Assembly (NCBI GenBank): GCA_017547445.1
Contig: JAFYPR010000011.1
Coordinates: forward strand, 1 to 38,444
Direction: 5' to 3'
Length of the DNA: 38,444 bases
Origin: Clostridia bacterium
Lineage (GTDB): Bacteria > Bacillota > Clostridia > UMGS1883
Shown: positions 1 to 9,525 of the stretch, piece by piece
How positions within the stretch are numbered: position 1 is the first letter of the stretch
Layout: every line of letters begins with the position of its first letter
Translations under genes and position numbers: made by a program
The notes under the pieces: model-generated
Database searches by the model: none
Told to the model about the DNA's origin: nothing
Seen by the model: only the letters and a program-made list of their open reading frames with translations

Positions 1-140
1 CGTGCAAGACTCCCTATGGGAGCCCTAAAATCGGCACTTTCGGCGGGGTGAATGCGATTAACCCCGCCTATTTTATTTGGGAAACCTTCTTTCCCAAACC
101 CTTCGCGATTGTGCGAAAAATAGGTTTATCGACAGTCTGA
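1..140. repeat. Multi-hairpin non-coding element, possibly the end of a MITE/IS-derived repeat (truncated by window start)
   Basis: Consecutive stems CTCCC/GGGAG (10-22), GGCGGGGT/ACCCCGCC (42-68), TTTGGGAAA/TTTCCCAAA (76-98) and TTCGC/GCGAA (102-117). Ends in GGTTTATCGACAGTCTGA directly against a terminator. Mobile-element identity is inference. Confidence 0.35.
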
Positions 141-182
141 ACAAAAATAAGGAAGAAGCGATTGCTTCTTCCTTATTTTTGT
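141..182. terminator. Bidirectional intrinsic terminator downstream of engB
   Basis: Perfect 19-bp inverted repeat ACAAAAATAAGGAAGAAGC-GATT-GCTTCTTCCTTATTTTTGT, 5 nt beyond the engB stop, with T-tracts on both strands. Confidence 0.9.
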
Positions 183-187
183 GCGAT

Positions 188-781
188 TTATTTTTCAACC
201 TCGCAGATTTCACATATAGCTTCCCAGGCATCATCAACACCTAAGCCTGTTTCGGCACTGAAGGGAATCATGATATCGTCATCTGTTAAGTTCAAAGTGT
301 AATAAATTTCGTCTAAGTGGTCGTTTAACTTTGTTTTTGCGATTTTATCGCACTTGGTGACAAAAATTAAGAGGTAACCGTGTCTTTCTCTTATCCAGTC
401 TGCCATCTGGGCATCTTCCTTTGTGGGTTTATGACGTGCATCCACTAAAAGAGCGGTAATCTTTAACTGTTCACGTGTGTGGAGATATGTTTCAATCATT
501 TTACCCCATTTTGCCTTTTCTTCTTTACTTACCTGGGCATAGCCGTAACCGGGAAGGTCAACAAAGTTAATTGCGTTATCAATATTATAAAAGTTGATTG
601 TTGCGGTTTTGCCGGGCTTTGAGCTTGTACGGGCTAAGCTCTTGCGGTTTAAAAGCTTATTGATAAAGCTTGATTTACCAACATTTGAACGGCCCGCAAA
701 TGCGATGTCGGGGAAATCTGTTTCGGGATACTGCCCGGGATTTACCGCTGAGATAGTCAGTGATGCGTTATGAATATTCAT
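188..781 (-). CDS. engB: Ribosome biogenesis GTP-binding protein YihA/YsxC (EngB)
   Basis: G1 GRSNVGKS, G2 KPGKT, G3 DLPGYG, G4 TKCD. Canonical position after lon with a 4-nt ATGA overlap. Confidence 0.97.
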   Translation of the reverse strand: MNIHNASLTISAVNPGQYPETDFPDIAFAGRSNVGKSSFINKLLNRKSLARTSSKPGKTATINFYNIDNAINFVDLPGYGYAQVSKEEKAKWGKMIETYLHTREQLKITALLVDARHKPTKEDAQMADWIRERHGYLLIFVTKCDKIAKTKLNDHLDEIYYTLNLTDDDIMIPFSAETGLGVDDAWEAICEICEVEK

Positions 782-3174
782 GCTGTTACTCCTTTGTGTG
801 AACTGCCTCTTACATTTGTCTTTGGGAAAAGAGGCTCTTCTTTTTTTGTTTTTGCAGGTAAGAGCGCAGTGCCAATTACTTCGTCTGCATTTGAAACAAT
901 CTTAAATGCAATTTTTTCACGGATTTTTTCGGGGATATCCTTCAAATCCTTTTCATTATCACGGGGAATAATAATCGTATCTACCCCTGAGCGATATGCG
1001 GCAAGGACCTTTTCCTTTAATCCGCCTATGGGAAGCACTCTGCCTCTTATTGTGATTTCGCCTGTCATGGCAATGCGGGGGCGGACGGAGCGACCTGTAA
1101 GTGCGCTTACAAGAGCAGTTGCAATTGTTATACCCGCACTGGGGCCATCCTTTGGCGTTGCGCCTTCGGGAACATGGATGTGTATGTCGCAGTTTTTGTA
1201 GAAGGAGGGGTCGATTGAATATGCATCTGCCCTGGAGCGGATGTAGGAAATAGCCGCTTTTGCAGATTCCTTCATAATATCGCCGAGGCTTCCCGTCAAT
1301 TCAATTTTACCTGTGCCTTCCATTATGTTTACTTCAATACTTAATGTATCGCCACCGACCTGTGTCCATGCAAGACCTGTAACAATGCCTGTTTCGCCCG
1401 AATCGGATGCTTTGTCAAAGGTGTACTTCGGTGCGCCGAGATATTTTTCCAGAACGGGCTTTGTAATAGTGACACTCTTTTTGTTGCCTTCGGAGAGATC
1501 AAGAGCACACTTTCTGCATATAGAGGCAATTGTCCTTTCCAATGTACGGACGCCTGATTCCTTTGTATAGCCGTTGATGATATCAAGAAGAATTTCATCG
1601 GTGATTTTCATCTGTGACTTTTTAAGACCGTGGAGCTTTAACTGCTTTGGTACAAGATGGTCTGCTGCAATATGGAGCTTTTCTTCGTCTGTATAACCGG
1701 GAACTTCTATTAATTCCATTCTGTCCAAAAGCGGATGGGAAACTGTTGATAAGTCGTTTGCGGTTGTTATAAACATAACACGGGAGAGGTCAACGGGGAT
1801 TTCCATATAGTGGTCGGTAAAGGCGTTGTTCTGATTTGAATCTAAAACCTCTAAAAGAGCGGATGCAGGGTCACCCTTATAATCACGGGATAATTTGTCA
1901 ATCTCGTCAAGAAGGATTACGGGGTTTGAGGACTTTGCTTTTATAAGTGCATTTATAAGTCTGCCGGGAAGTGCGCCAACGTAAGTTCTTCTGTGACCCA
2001 TAATTTCGGCCTCGTCACGGACACCGCCTAAAGAAAATCGGGTATAATTCCTGCCCATAGCTTCGGCAAGGGATTTTGCAATTGAGGTTTTACCCACACC
2101 GGGAGGACCGTACAGACATAAAATAGCAGGAGCTTTGCCACCCGTAAGATTATGTACTGCAAGATGCTCAATAATCCTGTCCTTAACATCTCTCATGCCG
2201 TAATGGTCACGTTCTATAATTTCTTTTGATTTGGAAATATCAGATATTTCTTCTGTTGTCCTGTTCCAGGGAAGATCAAAGATAGTATCAAGATAACCTC
2301 TTGAAATTGCACTTTCGGGAGACTGGGGGCTGAGACGGGAATACCTGTCAAGCTCCTTCTTTATTCTGTCCTTTACGTATTCGGGGCAGTCAAGGGTGGT
2401 AAGCTTTTTTTCAAATTCCTCAACATCCTTTAAGTTGCCGTCCTTTTCGCCCAATTCAATTGCGATTGCCTTTGCTTCTTCACGAAGGAAATATTCACGG
2501 TTATTTTCGTCCATCTGTTCTTTTACACGAGCCATAAGGTCCGATTCAACCTGTAATACCTTTACCTCACGGATTAAATAGTCAATCAAAAGAAGAAGAC
2601 GGTTTTTAACATTCTTTGTTTCAAGAATTTTCTGCTTATCCTCGATTTCAGCAAGGAAGTTTTCTGCGATAGAGTCTGCAAGCGTCGAAGGGCTTTCCTC
2701 GTTGATACCCGAAATAAGTGTATCGGGGGAGGTTTTTGTATTTGCACGGAAATAAAGGTCAATAAGCGAATGAATCTGACGGGAAATTGCGCTGTATTCT
2801 TCGCTTCCAAGAGTTTTGAAGCTTGAATTCTGTTCTGTAATTTCAGCCTTTATATATTCACCTGTTGTATCGCAGGAGGTAAAGCTTGCGCGGCATACAC
2901 CTTCAGCCAATACACGGATGCCTTCGCCCGGAAGACGGATAAACTGCTTTATTTTAACTACCGTGCCTGTTTTGAATACATCATTTGCCGTAGGGTCTTC
3001 AATGCTGATATCCTTTTGAGTGGAAAGAAAGACAAGACCGTCACCTTGGGAGGCAACCTCCAGCGCACGGATAGACTTCTTTCTTATAACGTCAAAATGA
3101 AATACCATATGAGGAAAAACCACAAGCCCACGAAGGGCAATGGCGGGTATAGTTTTAGTTTTTATTTTAGACAT
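778..3174 (-). CDS. lon: ATP-dependent Lon protease (LonA)
   Basis: Lon N-domain, Walker A GPPGVGKT, Walker B LLDEIDK, catalytic Ser in PKDGPSAG and Lys region GGLKEK; 798 aa. Confidence 0.98.
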   Translation of the reverse strand: MSKIKTKTIPAIALRGLVVFPHMVFHFDVIRKKSIRALEVASQGDGLVFLSTQKDISIEDPTANDVFKTGTVVKIKQFIRLPGEGIRVLAEGVCRASFTSCDTTGEYIKAEITEQNSSFKTLGSEEYSAISRQIHSLIDLYFRANTKTSPDTLISGINEESPSTLADSIAENFLAEIEDKQKILETKNVKNRLLLLIDYLIREVKVLQVESDLMARVKEQMDENNREYFLREEAKAIAIELGEKDGNLKDVEEFEKKLTTLDCPEYVKDRIKKELDRYSRLSPQSPESAISRGYLDTIFDLPWNRTTEEISDISKSKEIIERDHYGMRDVKDRIIEHLAVHNLTGGKAPAILCLYGPPGVGKTSIAKSLAEAMGRNYTRFSLGGVRDEAEIMGHRRTYVGALPGRLINALIKAKSSNPVILLDEIDKLSRDYKGDPASALLEVLDSNQNNAFTDHYMEIPVDLSRVMFITTANDLSTVSHPLLDRMELIEVPGYTDEEKLHIAADHLVPKQLKLHGLKKSQMKITDEILLDIINGYTKESGVRTLERTIASICRKCALDLSEGNKKSVTITKPVLEKYLGAPKYTFDKASDSGETGIVTGLAWTQVGGDTLSIEVNIMEGTGKIELTGSLGDIMKESAKAAISYIRSRADAYSIDPSFYKNCDIHIHVPEGATPKDGPSAGITIATALVSALTGRSVRPRIAMTGEITIRGRVLPIGGLKEKVLAAYRSGVDTIIIPRDNEKDLKDIPEKIREKIAFKIVSNADEVIGTALLPAKTKKEEPLFPKTNVRGSSHKGVTA

Positions 3175-3212
3175 AACAGTTCACACCTTAAAAATATAAA
3201 TTATCCTATGAG

Positions 3213-3241
3213 ATTATACTATAACATAAGAAAAAATGCAA
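3213..3241 (-). promoter_or_regulatory. Sigma-A promoter for lon-engB
   Basis: Minus strand TTGCAT-17 bp-TATAAT, followed by SD-like TAAGGTG before the lon ATG. Confidence 0.7.
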
Positions 3242-3313
3242 TACACATATTCTTCTTGGCTTTGAATAAAAAAGAATTTCTGAGATGAAAATATAGAGGA
3301 GGTGTTTTTCGAT

Positions 3314-4405
3314 ATGAAAATATTAATTTATGCGGTATGCTTAGTGCTTGTGGGTGTATTTTCCTTTGCGGCGGGTGAGAATGCAAACCGTGCGGAGGAA
3401 GAAATTGTAAATGAGAGGATAAGCATTGAGGCTACATTGCCAAGTCCGATTATACCCAAGGTCGAAGAAAGCTTTCCCGATGTGGTGGAAAAGGTTTTGC
3501 CGTCTGTAGTGGGCATTGAAGCGGTGAGAAGAGGAAGTGAGAATACAGTAAGCTTAGGAAGCGGTGTTATTGTATCGGATATGGGTTTTGTGATTACAAA
3601 CCACCATGTTGTAGGAGATAAGCCCTACAAGATTGATGTGACTCTTTATGACGGAACAATAAAGGATGGCGAGCTTTGCTGGAGTGACAGAAGTCTTGAT
3701 GTTGCTGTGGTGAAATTTGAAGGAGAAGTGCCTGCAGTTGCCAGAATGGGCGAGTATGAAAGTATAAGAGTGGGCGAGGATGTATTTGCCATAGGAAACC
3801 CGTTAAGTCTGCAGTTTGAAAGAAGTGTTACAAAGGGGATTGTAAGCGCTAAGAACAGAACAATAAGTATAGATGATGATAAGGGAAAATTATACATGGA
3901 GGACCTGATACAGACGGATGCTTCCATTAACCCGGGAAACTCGGGAGGACCGCTTATGAATAATTTTGGGGAAGTTATAGGTATTAACACGGTAAGGGTT
4001 ACGTCTGCAGAGGGAATGGGGTTTGCGGTGCCTGTAAACATTTGCGAAAATGTAATTTCAGCATTGGAAGAGGATGGAAAATTCGAAACACCATATCTCG
4101 GTCTTTATGCATATACTGCTCAGACGGCAAAATATTTAAGAGGTGAAAGACCGCCGTCTGACGGGTTATATGTGATAAGCCTTGATGTAAAAGGACCTGC
4201 ATACGAAGGCGGTATACGATACGGAGATATAATAACCGGGATTAACGGTGTAAAAGTTAAAAGTATGCTTGAATTAAGGCGTGAACTTTTTAAATATAAC
4301 AGAGGAGACGAGATTGCTCTGAGTGTTGTGACACGAAAGGATGAAAAGGAAATAACGGTTACTGTAGATAAGCTGGATAACATATATTCAGGAGCAAATC
4401 AATAA
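3314..4405 (+). CDS. htrA: HtrA/DegP-family trypsin-like serine protease with one PDZ domain, N-terminal signal or anchor
   Basis: Catalytic triad motifs TNHHVV, DVAVV and GNSGG; C-terminal PDZ; hydrophobic N-terminus. ATG 3314 preferred because it follows GGAGG. Confidence 0.9.
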   Translation: MKILIYAVCLVLVGVFSFAAGENANRAEEEIVNERISIEATLPSPIIPKVEESFPDVVEKVLPSVVGIEAVRRGSENTVSLGSGVIVSDMGFVITNHHVVGDKPYKIDVTLYDGTIKDGELCWSDRSLDVAVVKFEGEVPAVARMGEYESIRVGEDVFAIGNPLSLQFERSVTKGIVSAKNRTISIDDDKGKLYMEDLIQTDASINPGNSGGPLMNNFGEVIGINTVRVTSAEGMGFAVPVNICENVISALEEDGKFETPYLGLYAYTAQTAKYLRGERPPSDGLYVISLDVKGPAYEGGIRYGDIITGINGVKVKSMLELRRELFKYNRGDEIALSVVTRKDEKEITVTVDKLDNIYSGANQ

Positions 4406-4428
4406 TTTGAAATTTAGATAATATTTAG

Positions 4429-4457
4429 TTGAAAAGTGAACTGAAATATGATATGAT
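4429..4457 (+). promoter_or_regulatory. Sigma-A promoter (extended -10) for the maf-mre-min operon
   Basis: TTGAAA-17 bp-TATGAT with TG at the extended -10 position. Confidence 0.6.
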
Positions 4458-4507
4458 ATTTCAGTCAAGGAGTGTCTTGTCTTATTTGCATGGAAAGGAG
4501 CGGTATT

Positions 4508-5089
4508 ATGAAAAACTTTATACTTGCATCGGCATCGCCCCGCAGACAGGAAATATTGAGAGAAGCGGGTGTGAAACATACTGTGATACCCTCCGACGCA
4601 GATGAAAATATATCGCAGCTTCTTCCGCCTGAAAAATATGTAATGGAGCTTGCTCTTTTAAAGGGTGCGGCGGTAGCAAAGGGTGCAAAGAAGGAGGACA
4701 TTGTAATTTCTGCGGATACGGTTGTTGTGTCCGATGGTGAAATTATGGGAAAGCCTGAGGATTTTGATGATGCAAAAGCTATGCTGATGAAGCTTTCGGG
4801 CAAATGGCACAGCGTTCTGACAGGTTTTTGTGTTATATCGGGTGCCGACGGCTCTGCGAGCGTAAGATACGAAGAAACGAAGGTCAAATTTCGTGATTTT
4901 TCCGAGAAGGAGGCCCTTCGTTACATAAGAAGCGGTGAGAGCATGGATAAGGCAGGCGGTTACGGAATACAGGGTAAGGGAAGGCTTTTGGTCGAAAAAA
5001 TAGACGGTGACTATTTTAATGTTGTGGGACTTCCTATATGTGCTTTGTCAAAGATGCTGAAGGAAGATTTCGGAATTGATATACTGTAA
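4508..5089 (+). CDS. maf: Maf family nucleotide pyrophosphatase
   Basis: ILASASPRR, ADTVV, KAGGYGIQG and NVVGLP motifs. ATG 4508 follows AAAGGAG. Confidence 0.95.
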   Translation: MKNFILASASPRRQEILREAGVKHTVIPSDADENISQLLPPEKYVMELALLKGAAVAKGAKKEDIVISADTVVVSDGEIMGKPEDFDDAKAMLMKLSGKWHSVLTGFCVISGADGSASVRYEETKVKFRDFSEKEALRYIRSGESMDKAGGYGIQGKGRLLVEKIDGDYFNVVGLPICALSKMLKEDFGIDIL

Positions 5090-5105
5090 TTAAGGATTGA
5101 TATAC

Positions 5106-6101
5106 ATGAGAGGAATTTGCGTTGATCTGGGCACCGGAAATACAAGCGTGTCCCTCGGGTCGGGCGGAAAGGCTTTTTGTGAGCCAAGCGTTGTAACGGT
5201 TGATATTGAAGATAATATAATAATTGATGCAGGTAGCATATCAAAAGAGGCAATCGGTAAAACTCCTGAGAACCTTCTGGCAATAAAGCCCCTGTCAGGT
5301 GGTGTAATTGCTGACTATTCAGCCGCTGAAGGTATGGTTAAGATGCTTGTTAAGAAGGCATACGGTAAAACCGTTTTTACAGGGGTAAATGCATTGGTAA
5401 CTGTTCCGTCAGGTGCAACACAGATGGAAAAACGTGCCGCGGCGGAAACTGTAAAGAATCTGGGTGTTTCCTCTGTATATACCATTGAAGGCAGTATGGC
5501 GGCGGCTCTTGGTGCCGGGGTAAATGTGCTGACACCTACGGGAAGTATGGTTGTGGATTTAGGCGCAGGAACTGCGGATTCGGGCGTTATTGCATTGGGC
5601 ACTATAGCTGCGGGCAACTGTATCAAGGATGCAGGCGACAGCATGGATGGTGCTATTGCAGCTTATGTAAAGCGTAAGTATAATCTTATGATAGGCGAAA
5701 ATACTGCTGAGAGAATAAAAATGGAGCTTGGCTGTGCAATAGCGAAGGAAAAAAATGAACTGAAAAAATATAAGGGCAGAGATATCTCTACGGGGTTACC
5801 CAGGGAGATTGCCATATACAGTGAAGAAATACGCCTTATTATGGCGGATATCATAAAAAAGATTATTGATTCGGTGGTTATAACACTTGAAAAGACCCCC
5901 TCTGAGCTTTTAAGCGACGTTATGGAGTCGGGTATTATACTTACGGGCGGATTGGCTAATATTTACGGAATAGCTGAGCTTTTCACAAAAAAGACAGGCT
6001 TTAAGACTACTGTTGCAGAAAATCCCGAAGGATGTACACTTCGTGGGGCAGAAAAGGTATTTGCGGATAAAAAGCTCAGAAAATTACTTAAAAACAACTG
6101 A
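5106..6101 (+). CDS. mreB: Rod shape-determining protein MreB, divergent
   Basis: Actin-fold motifs DLGTGNT, EPSVV, VPSG, DLGAGT, IGENTAERIK, GRDISTGLP, LTGG; directly upstream of mreC. Several motifs deviate from consensus. Confidence 0.9.
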   Translation: MRGICVDLGTGNTSVSLGSGGKAFCEPSVVTVDIEDNIIIDAGSISKEAIGKTPENLLAIKPLSGGVIADYSAAEGMVKMLVKKAYGKTVFTGVNALVTVPSGATQMEKRAAAETVKNLGVSSVYTIEGSMAAALGAGVNVLTPTGSMVVDLGAGTADSGVIALGTIAAGNCIKDAGDSMDGAIAAYVKRKYNLMIGENTAERIKMELGCAIAKEKNELKKYKGRDISTGLPREIAIYSEEIRLIMADIIKKIIDSVVITLEKTPSELLSDVMESGIILTGGLANIYGIAELFTKKTGFKTTVAENPEGCTLRGAEKVFADKKLRKLLKNN

Positions 6102-6140
6102 TTGACAGGTCGTCGGACAGTGCAAGGGATGTGAACACAG

Positions 6141-6959
6141 ATGCGGAAGTTTTCGAAAAATTTTTATATAAGACTGGCGGTTATAAGCGCACTTGTTTTA
6201 ATCGTTATGGCTGTATCGACCCTTTCTGACGGCAGGGCAGATATTGTAACAAATGTAGCCAATATGGTAATTCAGCCTGCCACAAAGGGGGTTTCCTTTG
6301 TGTATGACAAGCTGTCGGGTGTTGTGGATTCTTTTGTAAGAGCAGGCAGTTATGCGGAAGAAAACGAGCTTTTAAAGGCACGTATAGCTATACTTGAAAA
6401 CGATTATTCGGACATTGAAGCATATAAGGCAGAAAATGAAAGACTTCTTTCTTTGCTGAACATGAAATCGTCCATGCCCCAGCTTAATCTCCAGGGTGCG
6501 TCGGTTATCTCTATAGAAGCGGATAACTGGTACAATGTTATTACCATTGACAAGGGCTCGGGAATGGGCGTTAAGGTAAATGATGTTGTATTGACTGCCC
6601 AGGGACTTGTGGGTACTGTATATGAGGTTGGTACTACATGGGCGAAGGTGAGAGAAATTGTTGATATGTCATCGTCTATCAGTGTTGTATGCGGAAGAAC
6701 AGGGGACCGAGGCGTGCTTGAAGGGGACTTCCGTCTTGCTCAGAGAGGCAGATGCAAGCTTAATTATCTGCCGAAAAACTCAAAGGTTGTTATCGGTGAC
6801 AGAATTGAAATTTCCGATACGGGAAGTATTTATCCCCAAGGCGTTTATGTAGGCAAAATTGTTGAAATTTATGACGATGATGACGGACTTACACTTACTG
6901 CTATAGTTGAAAGTGAAGTCAACTTCAACTCATTAAGTGAGGTTTTGGTGGGAAGCTGA
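6141..6959 (+). CDS. mreC: Rod shape-determining protein MreC
   Basis: N-terminal TM helix, coiled coil (ENERLLSLL), ITIDKGS and GLVG motifs; synteny. Confidence 0.93.
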   Translation: MRKFSKNFYIRLAVISALVLIVMAVSTLSDGRADIVTNVANMVIQPATKGVSFVYDKLSGVVDSFVRAGSYAEENELLKARIAILENDYSDIEAYKAENERLLSLLNMKSSMPQLNLQGASVISIEADNWYNVITIDKGSGMGVKVNDVVLTAQGLVGTVYEVGTTWAKVREIVDMSSSISVVCGRTGDRGVLEGDFRLAQRGRCKLNYLPKNSKVVIGDRIEISDTGSIYPQGVYVGKIVEIYDDDDGLTLTAIVESEVNFNSLSEVLVGS

Positions 6960-6977
6960 TTATAAGGAGGTGACGAA

Positions 6978-7490
6978 ATGAGCATGAAATTCAAATCTGT
7001 ACTGATACTTGCGGTTATAGCTTTTCAGCTGACAGTATTGCCTCATTTTGCACCTTTCGGGGTCGTCCCGAACTACACCTTGATTTTCGTGATTGCCGTC
7101 TGTCTTATTTCTGACGGGGTGGAGAGCGTGATTTTTTCGGGCGTAACAGGACTTCTGATGGATTTATTTACAGGGGCAAGGATTGGTCTTAATATTCTGC
7201 TTTATATGTATATTTCCATTGCACTTATAATGGTTATTGATGCAGTATACAATAAGAGATTAAGAGTTGTAATTCCCATGTGCTTTGTATCGTCGTTTAT
7301 ATATGAGCTGTTTTTCGGTGTGCTGAGCACACTTTTACGCGGTGCAACTTTTTATGCTGAAGCTGTATGGAAGGTTGTGCTTCCTGTTGCACTGATCAAT
7401 ACGGTTATTTTTATTCCCGTATACATTATACTTTCAAGGCTTCGCTTTGAGAAAAGGAAAAGGGGGATAAAATATGAACGTCAGATATAG
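6978..7490 (+). CDS. mreD: Rod shape-determining protein MreD
   Basis: 170-aa polytopic membrane protein with PNY and GLLMDL motifs between mreC and a PBP gene; AAGGAGGT SD. Confidence 0.9.
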   Translation: MSMKFKSVLILAVIAFQLTVLPHFAPFGVVPNYTLIFVIAVCLISDGVESVIFSGVTGLLMDLFTGARIGLNILLYMYISIALIMVIDAVYNKRLRVVIPMCFVSSFIYELFFGVLSTLLRGATFYAEAVWKVVLPVALINTVIFIPVYIILSRLRFEKRKRGIKYERQI

Positions 7491-9516
7491 GGTTATATAT
7501 GTTATCCTTGCTGTAATAATTGTTGCCTTTTCCGTAAGGCTTATATCCCTGCAGCTTATCTCAGGGCAGTCTTACCGTGAGCAGAGCCAGCAGAGAACAA
7601 TGAAAACAAAGGTTAAGGAAGCTCCGAGAGGAGATATAATTGACCGATACGGACGTGTTATGGTTACAAACAAAATGTCGAATTCCGTGGTAATAAAGAA
7701 AGTAAGCGGACAGACGGATGAAGTGCTTAATGAGCTGATAAAGAATTTGTATATATTATCCGAAAACTCTTCCCAGTATGTTTCCACAACATTTCCCATT
7801 GTATATGAAAACGGAACGGTGAAGTTTTTCTTTGAAGAAAATGAGGCTGAGCCGAAAAAGAGGGAATATGCATGGAAAAGAAAATACGGCATTGAACCTG
7901 ATGCCAGTGCAAATGAAGCTTTGCAGTTTTTTTCTGAGAAATACTCGGTAAGTGAGCCTAATATGGGATACCGCCTTAAAATTACGGCTACCCGATATGA
8001 AATGACACTGAGAGATTTCTCATATACCACGGATTTTACATTTGCAAGTAATGTTCCTATGGATATGATTACTGTTATAAAGGAACAGCAGACTGCTTTT
8101 ACGGGCGCTGATATAAAAACCAGCGCCACAAGAGATTATAAATATCCTTCCATTGCAACGCATCTTCTCGGAAGAGTGGGTAAGATAAGCGCAGAGGAGC
8201 TTGAGGCTATGCGCGATGACGGGTATAACATAAACTCACTCATTGGTAAACAGGGTATTGAAAAATATGCAGAGAGCTACTTAAGAGGTACTGACGGTTT
8301 GGTGGGTGTTGAACAGACAAAGGGCGGTAAGAATATTTCCGAGGAAATTATCAAGGAAGCAAGAGCGGGAAATAATGTTACCTTAACCATTGACCTTGAC
8401 CTACAACAGGCGGCTCAAGAGGCTCTTTACGATACTATCGTGGATATAAGATCAAAGGCAAAGGATGCGGCAAGCGGGCGCTATGCTGATTCCGGTGCTG
8501 TTGTTGCCGTTGATGTAAATACAGGTGAAATTCTTGCAATGGCATCTTATCCTACCTATGATACGGCAAATTTCAATCAGAACTATTCCGAGCTGCTCAA
8601 TAATAATGCAAAGCCTCTTATTAACCGTGCTATTGCAGGCGAATATTCGCCCGGTTCTACCTTTAAGATGCTTATTGCGGCTGCCGCACTTGAAGAGGGG
8701 GTTATTACACCCGGAGAGATTATTACAGATAAGGGCATTTACACTTATTACAAGGATTATCAGCCACGTTGCTGGTCCTACCGTCAGCACGGAACAGTGC
8801 ACGGTGCTATAAATGTTACGGGCGCACTGCGTGATTCCTGTAACTACTTCTTCTATGATGTGGGCAGAAGGCTCGGTATTGAAAAAATTGATGAATATGC
8901 TCAAAAATACGGCTTCGGTCAGATTACGGGAGTTGAAATACCGTCTGAAGAACACAGAGGCGTTGTTGCTTCACCTGAAAGCAGAAAGGAAAATAACGGT
9001 ATATGGTACCCCGGTGATACACTGCAGGCATCTATCGGGCAGTCCGATACACTTGTTACTCCCATACAGCTTGCAAGCTATGTTTCGACTATTGCAAACG
9101 GGGGCACACGTTATCAGCTTCATCTCATAAAGAGTATTGAGGATGATGCCGGCAAGGTGCTTGAAGAAACAAAGAGCGAGGTTTTAAGCCGTGTTAAGCT
9201 GACAGATGAATCCTATGCGGCAATAACAAGGGGTATGCGCCTTGTGGTAACGGAGGGTACAGGTGAAAATGCATTTAAAAACTGTCCCGTGCCTGTTGCG
9301 GCAAAATCGGGTTCTGCCCAGATGGGACGCTACACAAACGGTATATACGTTGCATATGCGCCTTACGACAATCCCCAGATTGCCGTTGCGGTAGTTATGG
9401 AAAAATCGGGTGGCGGCAGTGATGCGGCACCCGTTGCAAGAAGGGTTATTGAGAAATATTTTGCAGGTGAGGTTGAAAATGACAGCTTTACCGCAAGAAA
9501 TGTATTGATTGGTTAA
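7474..9516 (+). CDS. mrdA: Class B penicillin-binding protein 2 (MrdA)
   Basis: TM anchor, RGDIIDRYG dimerisation domain, transpeptidase motifs STFK, SCN and KSG. Confidence 0.93.
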   Translation: MNVRYRVIYVILAVIIVAFSVRLISLQLISGQSYREQSQQRTMKTKVKEAPRGDIIDRYGRVMVTNKMSNSVVIKKVSGQTDEVLNELIKNLYILSENSSQYVSTTFPIVYENGTVKFFFEENEAEPKKREYAWKRKYGIEPDASANEALQFFSEKYSVSEPNMGYRLKITATRYEMTLRDFSYTTDFTFASNVPMDMITVIKEQQTAFTGADIKTSATRDYKYPSIATHLLGRVGKISAEELEAMRDDGYNINSLIGKQGIEKYAESYLRGTDGLVGVEQTKGGKNISEEIIKEARAGNNVTLTIDLDLQQAAQEALYDTIVDIRSKAKDAASGRYADSGAVVAVDVNTGEILAMASYPTYDTANFNQNYSELLNNNAKPLINRAIAGEYSPGSTFKMLIAAAALEEGVITPGEIITDKGIYTYYKDYQPRCWSYRQHGTVHGAINVTGALRDSCNYFFYDVGRRLGIEKIDEYAQKYGFGQITGVEIPSEEHRGVVASPESRKENNGIWYPGDTLQASIGQSDTLVTPIQLASYVSTIANGGTRYQLHLIKSIEDDAGKVLEETKSEVLSRVKLTDESYAAITRGMRLVVTEGTGENAFKNCPVPVAAKSGSAQMGRYTNGIYVAYAPYDNPQIAVAVVMEKSGGGSDAAPVARRVIEKYFAGEVENDSFTARNVLIG

Positions 9517-9525
9517 GAGGTAAAA

